Positions 10,258-18,602 of a stretch of DNA of 64,000 bases are shown piece by piece. Numbering within the stretch: the stretch's first letter is position 1; every line of letters begins with the position of its first letter. This DNA is from Candidatus Marinacidobacterales bacterium (GTDB lineage Bacteria > Acidobacteriota > Vicinamibacteria > Marinacidobacterales > SMYC01), in NCBI GenBank assembly GCA_965224085.1, contig CBDCYI010000004.1, positions 1,152,001 to 1,216,000 on the forward strand. The letters run 5' to 3'. Position numbers and translations under genes: made by a program. The notes under the pieces are model-generated. The model did not search any database. It saw only the letters and a program-made list of their open reading frames with translations, and was not told the origin of the DNA.

Positions 10258-10333
10258 TGGCATCCCCGACGGGAGTCGAACCCGTGTTGCCGCCGTGAAA
10301 GGGCGGAGTCCTAGGCCACTAGACGACGGGGAC
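10258..10333 (-). tRNA. tRNA-Glu: tRNA-Glu (TTC)
   Basis: GTCCCCGTCGTCTAGTGGCCTAGGACTCCGCCCTTTCACGGCGGCAACACGGGTTCGACTCCCGTCGGGGATGCCA, 76 nt, full cloverleaf with CCA. Confidence 0.97.
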
Positions 10334-10377
10334 GCATTCTCGGCGTCACAAAATCCGAGTCACTCTTGATTCCAAAA

Positions 10378-10427
10378 TGGTAGGCCGTGATGGTCTCGAA
10401 CCATCGACATCCTGCTTAAAAGGCAGG
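10378..10427 (-). pseudogene. 3' half of tRNA-Lys (TTT), att-site fragment
   Basis: CCTGCCTTTTAAGCAGG anticodon arm, T-arm and ACCA present; D-arm and 5' acceptor strand absent. Confidence 0.9.
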
Positions 10428-10552
10428 ATCCACGACCTTTTCTGCTGTCTTGTCTGTCTGGTACTTGTCAAGGCTACTCAATGAATTCAATGAGTTAGCC
10501 AGATTGCCTGTCTTGTGCTGTCCATTGCTGTCGCCTCTTGTCCTTGCAAATC

Positions 10553-10574
10553 TGCGTCCTATTTGCGTCCTATT
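10553..10574 (+). repeat. tandem 11-bp direct repeat (putative integrase arm-type sites)
   Basis: TGCGTCCTATT x2 between tRNA-Lys fragment and integrase; IHF-like ATTCAATGAGTTA near 10485. Confidence 0.6.
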
Positions 10575-10654
10575 CTGGTACCCTGCTTCCTAGCACGACA
10601 TAGGATTCCCAAAGAACGCAAACATGCAGCTGACCAAAGAGAAGGGCTAACTGA

Positions 10655-11235
10655 ACAAGCTCACTGACCGTTCCATTCCTTCTCTGTCGATGCCTCCGAA
10701 ACCACAACAAGTTGAATTCTACGGCGACGATCCTAAGCTGCCGGGGTTCGGTGTTCGTGTAAGTTACGGCGGCACGCAAACGTTTATCTTACGTTACCGG
10801 ACCGAACACGGCAAGACGAAACGCCTCAAACTTGGGCGCTACGGACCACCAGGGAGCTTCGCGGACGCCAGAGCGGCAGCCTTTGCAAGCCATCGCGAAG
10901 ATCGACGCCGGGGAAGACCCGCAGGAGAAGAAACGGGGACCCGAGACGGTTGAGGGACTGTTCGACTACTTCTTCGAGCAGCGAAAGGACCTCGGAACGA
11001 AGACGGCGTATGAGTGGAAGCGGCTGACCAATAAGCACATTGTCCCGGCATTTGGTGACGCCAACCCTGACGAGGTTGATCCCGAAGATGTGCTGGATCT
11101 CTGCGAAGGGATCGAAGCTCGTATCGTCTCCAATCGAGTCTTCGAGCTTATCCGTACCGTTCACAACTTCGGGGCTGCACGTCGGAAGGTGACACGCTCG
11201 CCCATGTACGGACTCAGGAAGCTCCATGAGGAGCT
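10655..11235 (+). pseudogene. tyrosine integrase N-terminal remnant (arm-binding domain), frameshifted, catalytic domain missing
   Basis: LPGFGVRVSYGGTQTFILRYR...KRLKLGRYG...ADAR, frameshift ~10880, then GEDP...KHIVPAFG. Confidence 0.85.
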
Positions 11236-11415
11236 ATCTTGGCCCCATCGTGGCGCGGGTTTTACGCTGGGTGGCGTTGAGCTCGTTGTCGTCGCGGGGT
11301 AAAGAAGAAAGCGGCGGAGTTGCTGGGCTTGAAGCCCACGATGCTCAATGAGATGATTAGGCCCTATAACGTCAGCCTGGAGAGGAAGGAGCCCTCTTCC
11401 ACGCGCTGAACGAAC

Positions 11416-13503
11416 ATGAAGGGGTTACAGATGAGAGCAATCCTGGCGCTTTTGGGGATTATGGTCCTCGCGCCTCTCGCCTCCGCGGACGAGCGCGTCG
11501 ACAGGCTTTCCGAAGAGCACAAGGCCTGGCTCGAGCGTGAGGTCGTCTACATTATTACCGAGCGCGAGCGTGAGGTGTTTCTCACGCTCGAGTCCGTCGA
11601 GGAGCGGAACCGCCTCATCGAGGCATTCTGGAGAAAGCGCGACCCCAATCCCGCGACCCTCGACAACGAGTACAAGATCGAGCACTACCGACGCATCGAT
11701 TATGCGAATACCTTTCTCGGAAGGGAAACTTTTCGCGAAGGCTGGCGAACGGATCGGGGCCGGTACTACATCCTTCTCGGAGAGCCTCGTGAGATCCAGC
11801 GTTTCGACGGCTACGGAGAGATCGTCTCGTCCCACCTCTGGTTCTATCAGGGCGACCTCCGCATGGGCACGCCCGCGTTCTTCTACCTTCTTTTCTTCAA
11901 GAAAAACGACTTCGGCGAGTATCAGCTCTACAGCCCCGTGATCGACGGGCCCCAGGCCTTGCTAACGGGCAGCGGTTCCCTGGGGGGGAGCGACAACGCC
12001 GCTGCGCTGGAGGCTCTCCGCGAGGTATCCCCGGAGCTCGAGACCGCTTCGCTTTCGTTCGACACGAGCGAGCCGGCCGATTACTTTTCCGGCCGTCCCG
12101 CGCTCGGCACTGATATCATGATCGCGCGTATCGAAGAGTCACCGAAGCGCGCCATCCGAAGCGACTACGCGGAGGCTTGGCTTCGGTACGGCAACCGCGT
12201 ATCGGCGGAGTACTCCTTCAACTTCGTTCCCTCGCGTCACGTTTTTTCCGTCCTTACCGATCCGTCGGGTACGGCACTGGTGCACTTCAGCGTCGAGATC
12301 GACCCGCAGAATTTCGCGTTGGAGACCGACGAGGAGAAAACCCGGTTCTACACGACGCTGGATCTGACGACCGAGGCTCGTACCGCGGACGGTACGCTCG
12401 TCTTCGCCAGCGACAGGGAAGCCTTCATCGAGCTCACGCCGAGTGAGGTGGAGCAGATTCAAACCTCTCCCTTCGCCTACCAGAACGATTTTCCCCTGGT
12501 GCCTGGCGACTATAGCGTGACCGTGATCGTGAGGAACAGGGTGGTCAGTCAGTATACGGTCGCGGAGGCGGAGCTCCACATACCGCGGTTTACAGAGGTG
12601 GATCCGGTTCTCACCGATGTCATCCTCGCGTTCGATACCAGGCTCGTGGGTGGAGCTCCCGACGATGCTGAGGTTCGCACCTATCAAGTCGGGAGTTTGC
12701 GCTTGCAACCCGCCGCGGAGAATATATTCGTGATCGGCGACACCGTGCATCTCGTCACCCAGGCTTTCGGTGCGTCGCCGGAGCACAAGGTCGTGTTCGA
12801 GCTCCGGAACGGCGAAGAGGTTGTGCACGACATCGAAAGCAAGGTGGCCGACAACGGGATGGTGCTGGACTACCTCAAGCTCGAGGACATGGTCGGGGGC
12901 AATTTCGAGATTCGGGCGCGCCTTGTGTCTCCCTCGGGGGAGGCGCTCTCGGAGAAGACCGCCGCGATTACCGTCTCGCCGCGTTCCACCGCGTCCCGTC
13001 CGCGGTTCGTCTTTCGCCGCGGGGTCAACACGCGCGTGCCCGGCGTTCTGAGCGCGATGCGCGGCGAACAGTTGTGGAGGCTGCGAAAGTTCGAAGAAGC
13101 AAAGGCGGCTCTCGAGGAGTCCCTGTCCGCCAATCCCCGAATGGTCCCGGCACACGTCCAACTCGCGGACATTCATCTCCTGGAAGGGGAGCCGGACAAG
13201 GCACTGGCGCTTCTCAAGCCGCTCGAAGAGCCGTTGCCGAATCAATACGACGTCGTGGCGGGTCTGGGACGAGCCGTGCATCTCAAAGGCGATTACGCGA
13301 GAGCCGTCGGCTATCTCGAGCGGGCACGAGAGCTCAAGCCACCCGACACCGCGGTTCTCAACGCTCTCGGAGACAGCCACCAACGGCTCGGAAACTTCGA
13401 CGAGGCCCGCGAAGCGTTCCAGCGCTCGCTCGAGCTCTATGCCGACCAACCTGTCGTCCGAGAACGCCTGGCGGAGCTCGACGCCGAAGTCGGCAAGAAC
13501 TGA
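11416..13503 (+). CDS. GWxTD domain protein with C-terminal TPRs
   Basis: WLEREVVYII...FWRKRDP...EGWRTDRGRYYILLGEP; TPR-like C-terminus; signal peptide. Confidence 0.93.
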   Translation: MKGLQMRAILALLGIMVLAPLASADERVDRLSEEHKAWLEREVVYIITEREREVFLTLESVEERNRLIEAFWRKRDPNPATLDNEYKIEHYRRIDYANTFLGRETFREGWRTDRGRYYILLGEPREIQRFDGYGEIVSSHLWFYQGDLRMGTPAFFYLLFFKKNDFGEYQLYSPVIDGPQALLTGSGSLGGSDNAAALEALREVSPELETASLSFDTSEPADYFSGRPALGTDIMIARIEESPKRAIRSDYAEAWLRYGNRVSAEYSFNFVPSRHVFSVLTDPSGTALVHFSVEIDPQNFALETDEEKTRFYTTLDLTTEARTADGTLVFASDREAFIELTPSEVEQIQTSPFAYQNDFPLVPGDYSVTVIVRNRVVSQYTVAEAELHIPRFTEVDPVLTDVILAFDTRLVGGAPDDAEVRTYQVGSLRLQPAAENIFVIGDTVHLVTQAFGASPEHKVVFELRNGEEVVHDIESKVADNGMVLDYLKLEDMVGGNFEIRARLVSPSGEALSEKTAAITVSPRSTASRPRFVFRRGVNTRVPGVLSAMRGEQLWRLRKFEEAKAALEESLSANPRMVPAHVQLADIHLLEGEPDKALALLKPLEEPLPNQYDVVAGLGRAVHLKGDYARAVGYLERARELKPPDTAVLNALGDSHQRLGNFDEAREAFQRSLELYADQPVVRERLAELDAEVGKN

Positions 13504-13605
13504 AACGCGCTCCCCAGGCGTCGTGGCGTTTACTAGCGCACAGAATATTCGCTTCGACGATGTCGACGGGTTCCTATCGGCCGCGTCGATATAGACTCTG
13601 ACTCA

Positions 13606-15438
13606 ATGACCCGTACCTATCTCGCGGACATCGCCGGGCGGGACAAAGAGTCCTTGCGTACTCACGGGACCTGGGTTCTCCTCATTGCGATAGCCACTCT
13701 TCCGTACCTCAATGCGCTCGGAAACGACCTCGTCTACGACGATCTAGCAGTAACCGTAGAGAACACGCTGGTCCGCTCGCTCGACCCTATCCCCATCTTT
13801 CTTGCTCCCTCTCTCCCGGAGCACGACATCGAATGGTATCGACCCTTGACCATCTACACCTTCGCGCTCAACCACGCCGCGCATGGTCTAGAGCCTGTCG
13901 GATACCACACCCTCAATCTTCTATTGCACCTGGCCAACGCCCTCCTCGTGTTCGCACTCGCGAGGCGATTGCTCGACAACTTTGCTGGTGGGCTCATCAC
14001 AGCTAGTCTGTTCGCCGTCCACCCCATTCACGTCGAGGCGGTCGTCCCGGCGTCCGGCCGCGGAGATCTGCTGGCCACGTTGTTTGTGCTATCCGCCTGG
14101 CTCTTGTCGATTCGCCTGGTCGAGAAGCTTTCTTTTTACCGCGCGATGGTCATTGGCTCACTGTTCTTCGCGGCTTTGCTCTCCAAAGAGAGTGCCATTG
14201 TTGCGTGGCCAGTTATTCTGTTGACCGACTTCGCGCAACTGCAAAACAAGGCGAGGGCTCTGAGCACTTTCGACTTGGTGGCCAAGCGAGCCTACCTGCA
14301 TCTGGCCCTGGCCGGGGTGGTGGTTGCGTATTTCGGCCTTCGCTACGTCGCCACGGGAGGTTTCCTGTTCGCGGGGGAAGTGGCCATCCGTCCTATCGAG
14401 AACCCCCTGTTCGGCGTAGATCTGCCGGCACGGCTGGCAACCTCTATCTGGGTGCTATTGAAATACCTTTCTCTACTCGTCGTCCCCCTCAGGCTCTCGG
14501 CAGATTACTCCTACAATCAAATCCCCATCGTAGGGAGCGCGGGCGATCCTCGACTGCTGCTGGCAACTGGGGTGTTGCTGTCGGTGGGAGCGGCAGCAGC
14601 GGTTCTGGGCAAACGTCACCCGCCTTTGGTGTATTTCTCTCTGCTATTTCTCGTTATGTGGCTGCCGATTTCAAACACCATCGTGGTCATCGGTACCATC
14701 ATGGCCGAGAGACTCATGTATCTGCCCTCCGCGGCTTTTTGTTTCATCGTGGGGGCCCTTGCTGCGAGTTTCTGGCCGTCTCGACCTCGTTTCCAGGTCC
14801 TGGCAGCGGCGGCGATCGCAACTTTGTTAGCGGCTTGCGTAGTGAGAACGATTTCGCGAAATCGTGACTGGCGCTCTCAAGAGACTCTGTTTGCAGCCAC
14901 CGTTCGCACCGCTCCCCGGAGCGCAAAAGCTCACTTCAATTACGGCACCGAGTTGCTCGAGCTCGGCCAACCATCGCGGGCGGCGGCGGAATTCGAGGCC
15001 GCTTTGAGCATTACGGACCGATATCCGGAAGCGCATAGCGCTCTCGGCACGGTCTTCATGGACGAAAACGACCTTCCCCGGGCCGAGGCCGAGTTCCGCG
15101 CAGCCCTTCGCGATGACCCGGAAATGGCCAGTGCGTGGGCGAATCTCGGAATGACGCTGTTCCGCACCGACCGCTATGGGGAAGCGAGGCACGCTTTTCG
15201 ACGAGCGGTGGAGCTCCGACCGCAGCTCGATCTGGCGTGGGCAACTCTAGGCGCTCTGGCAGAGCGAGAGGGCAAACTCCGGGAGGCCATCGACTACTAC
15301 TGGAAAGCGTATGATTTGAACCCGAACTTCGAAGGACTCGGGACACATCTGGCGTCCCTGCTTGCAGAATCCGGCAGAGACTCGGAGGCCCAGCGGCTCA
15401 GACGGGATCACGCTCGGAGAAAATCGGTACCGGAATAA
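13606..15438 (+). CDS. TMTC-like membrane protein O-mannosyltransferase (DUF1736) with TPRs
   Basis: VYDD, YRPL, LFAVHPIHVEAV..GR, LSKE, LSADYS, AERLMYLPS, RNRDW motifs. Confidence 0.9.
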   Translation: MTRTYLADIAGRDKESLRTHGTWVLLIAIATLPYLNALGNDLVYDDLAVTVENTLVRSLDPIPIFLAPSLPEHDIEWYRPLTIYTFALNHAAHGLEPVGYHTLNLLLHLANALLVFALARRLLDNFAGGLITASLFAVHPIHVEAVVPASGRGDLLATLFVLSAWLLSIRLVEKLSFYRAMVIGSLFFAALLSKESAIVAWPVILLTDFAQLQNKARALSTFDLVAKRAYLHLALAGVVVAYFGLRYVATGGFLFAGEVAIRPIENPLFGVDLPARLATSIWVLLKYLSLLVVPLRLSADYSYNQIPIVGSAGDPRLLLATGVLLSVGAAAAVLGKRHPPLVYFSLLFLVMWLPISNTIVVIGTIMAERLMYLPSAAFCFIVGALAASFWPSRPRFQVLAAAAIATLLAACVVRTISRNRDWRSQETLFAATVRTAPRSAKAHFNYGTELLELGQPSRAAAEFEAALSITDRYPEAHSALGTVFMDENDLPRAEAEFRAALRDDPEMASAWANLGMTLFRTDRYGEARHAFRRAVELRPQLDLAWATLGALAEREGKLREAIDYYWKAYDLNPNFEGLGTHLASLLAESGRDSEAQRLRRDHARRKSVPE

Positions 15439-15475
15439 TCCTGTCGCTCAGGCTCGAGCATTACCGACGATTCAT

Positions 15476-17038
15476 TCAGTGACTGGTGGCGGGCCCGGCT
15501 TCCCGTACCATCGACGCCACGTTGTCCAGCAACGCCCGAGCATCGAAAACAATTCCGTCCTTGATCGTGTAATGGATCCCACCACCGCTTTCAAGCTCCC
15601 CGGTCTCCCCCAGCTTTGTGATGCCGGTTCCGTAAAGCACTTTGAGGTCATGCAGAGGGTTTCCGTCCACGACAACCAGGTCGGCGGGACTGCCAAACCG
15701 CACGCCCTTGGCCAGTTCGTCGAGACCCAGCACACCAGCCGCCCCGGTCGATGCCACTTCGATGATGTCGACCGGATCCAGACCCGCTTCCTGATAGAGC
15801 TCCATTTCGCGCACGTTGTTGAATCCGTATAGGCCGAAGCTCCCGCCTGCGTCCGGTGACAGGGCGAGCTGTCCCCCGCGCTCCCAGAACTCGCGCACGA
15901 ACCGCATCCAGATCTGAAAATTCTCTCGCCAGCTCGCTTCATCCCCCGAGGTCCATGCATAGTGGTAGGAGCCATGGTGCGCGAGATTCGGCTTCCAGTA
16001 CTCCAGCATGATCGGAAGGGCATACTTTTTGTAAAAGGGCAAGTTTCGTGCTCTCACCAGATCGCGATTCGGTTCGTAAGCGACAAAGGTCGGCACGAGC
16101 GTTGTGCCTTCCTCCAACAGCGTGTCCATCACCTGCTCGAGCAAGACGGGGTCCGCTTCTTGCCACAGCTTGCCCGCGTAACGGAAACGGGCAAGCTCGT
16201 CCAGGTAGTTGTAATCCCCTGGAAAGCTCTGTACGCCTGGGATCGCCGCATCTGGAATGCCGTACCAATGCTCGATGGTCGTAACCCCGGCGCGCGCCGC
16301 GATGGCGCCATCGACTTGGCCCACCGCAATGTGAATGGCGACTCCCATCTCCAGCTTGCGCGCTTCGTCGCAAAGCGTGGTCAGCACATCCGTGTAGGTG
16401 GGTCCAAACACTTTGATACCCTTCGCCCCGGCCTGATGGAGCTTTTGGACATTTGCCCGCACCTCCTCCGCGGTTAAGTTCTTCTCGTCAGCTCGACCCA
16501 AGCCTCGCCATCCCGCGTAGGGGATGATTCGGGGAGCGGTGATTTCGTTCGCATCGCTTCGGCGTGCCTCCTCCACCAGAACATCCAACCCGGCTCCCGA
16601 GCCGACATCGCGAAGCGTGGTGACCCCATGGGCCAGCCAGAGCTGATAGGCGAATGAACGTCCCCACTCACCCGCGGGCACGACCCGGCCCTCGGGAATG
16701 TGCGCGTGCATGTCGACCAAACCCGGGACGATGTACATCCCCTCTGCGTCAATCACGCGATCCCCGGTGGGTCGCGTGAATCCAGGGTCATAGCCTCCCA
16801 AAGACACTGCATCCACTGGGATGATGTTGACGACGGTGCCACCCTCGACGACGATGTCGACCGGACCCCGCATCGGGCTACCCAAACCGTCCACCAGCAT
16901 GCCTCCTCTGATGACCAGTCGCTCATACCGAACTCCCCTGGTTGTCTCCTGGGCAGCGGGCGCTGTCGCCACCACCAACCCGATGAACACCGATACGTGC
17001 AACCAGGTCAACCAGCCACCTTTCCGTGTACAACTCAT
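15476..17038 (-). CDS. secreted amidohydrolase family protein
   Basis: PGLVDMHAH, GVTTLRDVG, TIEH, ADLVVVDGNPL. Confidence 0.92.
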   Translation of the reverse strand: MSCTRKGGWLTWLHVSVFIGLVVATAPAAQETTRGVRYERLVIRGGMLVDGLGSPMRGPVDIVVEGGTVVNIIPVDAVSLGGYDPGFTRPTGDRVIDAEGMYIVPGLVDMHAHIPEGRVVPAGEWGRSFAYQLWLAHGVTTLRDVGSGAGLDVLVEEARRSDANEITAPRIIPYAGWRGLGRADEKNLTAEEVRANVQKLHQAGAKGIKVFGPTYTDVLTTLCDEARKLEMGVAIHIAVGQVDGAIAARAGVTTIEHWYGIPDAAIPGVQSFPGDYNYLDELARFRYAGKLWQEADPVLLEQVMDTLLEEGTTLVPTFVAYEPNRDLVRARNLPFYKKYALPIMLEYWKPNLAHHGSYHYAWTSGDEASWRENFQIWMRFVREFWERGGQLALSPDAGGSFGLYGFNNVREMELYQEAGLDPVDIIEVASTGAAGVLGLDELAKGVRFGSPADLVVVDGNPLHDLKVLYGTGITKLGETGELESGGGIHYTIKDGIVFDARALLDNVASMVREAGPATSH

Positions 17039-17427
17039 GTTTTAGCCCTCCAGCTAGAATTCTCATCCCCGCCGCATGTTCTGCAGGGAACAAGTCGGCT
17101 TTCTTTGAGCCGATTAGTGAATGGTTTTTCGCCACAAAGCGGCACGGCGGCTGCGTCGGAGCCCTTGTCAACGAACACCCTGCCGTCACGCATAGCCACC
17201 CCCGCGTTTCGACTCCGTTGAGCCAACTGGCACGACTCCAAGCGACATTTCATGACTACATAACACAATCGAAGGCGCGAGCGCGAAAACAACTTCGAGC
17301 TCACTGTGGTCGCCAACCTCATAGCCTCTGGAGATTGCTGAACTCCAACGTACTCTGTTAGAGTTCCATTTCGATAGGGATAGCGATCGCGGAACGTTAA
17401 ACGTCGAAGTGTGAGAGGCTTGTTTAC

Positions 17428-18582
17428 GTGCCCCCCGAGGAAGCTTTACTTCCGAATATTTCAATCGCCAAGCGAACGTGTTTTGGCCTTCTCCTCGTGG
17501 CGTTGATCGCAGCGACAACGCTGCTCGTTGTTGAAGTTCTCCTTCGAACCATCAAATCCCACGAGCACAGTTTCGAAGGAACATTGCTCGTGCCACTCGT
17601 TCGCCGACTAGAGGCTCCACCTCGCCTTTCCTGGTGGGAACGACGTTTCCTCGAAAATTACAAAAAGGGCGTCAGCGACATGGTGTTTCGATACAACAAA
17701 GGACTGCACCGGTCGCACCCGACCCGCGGATGGACGCCAAAACCGAACATGAAGACGGGAACAGGCCTTCGATACACAACCAACAGTCATGGTTGGCGCT
17801 CTCTCTATGAGTTCAAGAATGATCCTGAAACGTATCAGGTGATAATAGTCGGTGATTCATTCACTTTTGGTGATGAAGTTGACGACTCGGACACTTGGCC
17901 TCATCTTCTCCAACAGCTGGACGAGAGGCTGAATGTCATGAATATGGGCGTCACCGGGTACGGTATTGATCAGATGTATCTCACGCTGTCCGAGGCCACG
18001 GAAGAGTTTGCCCCAAAGTTGATTATTGCCGCCTTTATCGGCGACGATCTCAACCGATCGCTTCTCGATTTCCGAGACTACAAGAAGCCGCGCTTCGTTC
18101 TCGACAAAAACGGTGAGCTCGAGCTCACGAATATACCGATAGGAAGTCCGGCCGAGGTCTATCAGGAACTTCAACAAAGACACCATCGTTCGACATCAGA
18201 GCTCATCAACTTGTCGAGATCGGCCGGCCGCTCGAGAGAGGTTGTCGATGAAGAGCCGTCATCGTGGTTTTTCTTGAACGAACGTTTGTTGGCTGGTATG
18301 GAACAGATCGCACGAAAGCAGGATGCGGAGTTTCTGATGCTGTATCTTCCCAGCGGTCCGGAGCTCGTCGATCCAGGCTCGAGAACCCCTGGCGAGCGTT
18401 TTTTTCAGCAGTACCAAAAGACACATGGGAACTTGTTCTTGACTCCCCGCCAAGCGTTTTTGGAGGCCCCGTTCAAAAAATCTGAAGAACACTATAAGCC
18501 CAACGAAACAAAGTTGATCAGTCAGTTGGTTTACACGTTCATTCGGGGGTTGCCGTCATGGCAACGGTTCGAGAATTTCTAG
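17428..18582 (+). CDS. membrane-anchored SGNH/GDSL hydrolase
   Basis: VGDSFTFG, NMGVTGYG, C-terminal His; N-terminal TM. Confidence 0.85.
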   Translation: MPPEEALLPNISIAKRTCFGLLLVALIAATTLLVVEVLLRTIKSHEHSFEGTLLVPLVRRLEAPPRLSWWERRFLENYKKGVSDMVFRYNKGLHRSHPTRGWTPKPNMKTGTGLRYTTNSHGWRSLYEFKNDPETYQVIIVGDSFTFGDEVDDSDTWPHLLQQLDERLNVMNMGVTGYGIDQMYLTLSEATEEFAPKLIIAAFIGDDLNRSLLDFRDYKKPRFVLDKNGELELTNIPIGSPAEVYQELQQRHHRSTSELINLSRSAGRSREVVDEEPSSWFFLNERLLAGMEQIARKQDAEFLMLYLPSGPELVDPGSRTPGERFFQQYQKTHGNLFLTPRQAFLEAPFKKSEEHYKPNETKLISQLVYTFIRGLPSWQRFENF

Positions 18583-18602
18583 ACGGTAGGTCGAAAGGAG
18601 TC

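Noticed and set aside
10378-10455. Intact tRNA-Lys
   Set aside because: The 5' acceptor strand and D-arm are missing; only 50 nt of the 3' part match.
11240-11400. Fis-type HTH tail (KAAELLGLKPTMLNEMI)
   Set aside because: Very short, with an internal stop; too little to list as a gene.
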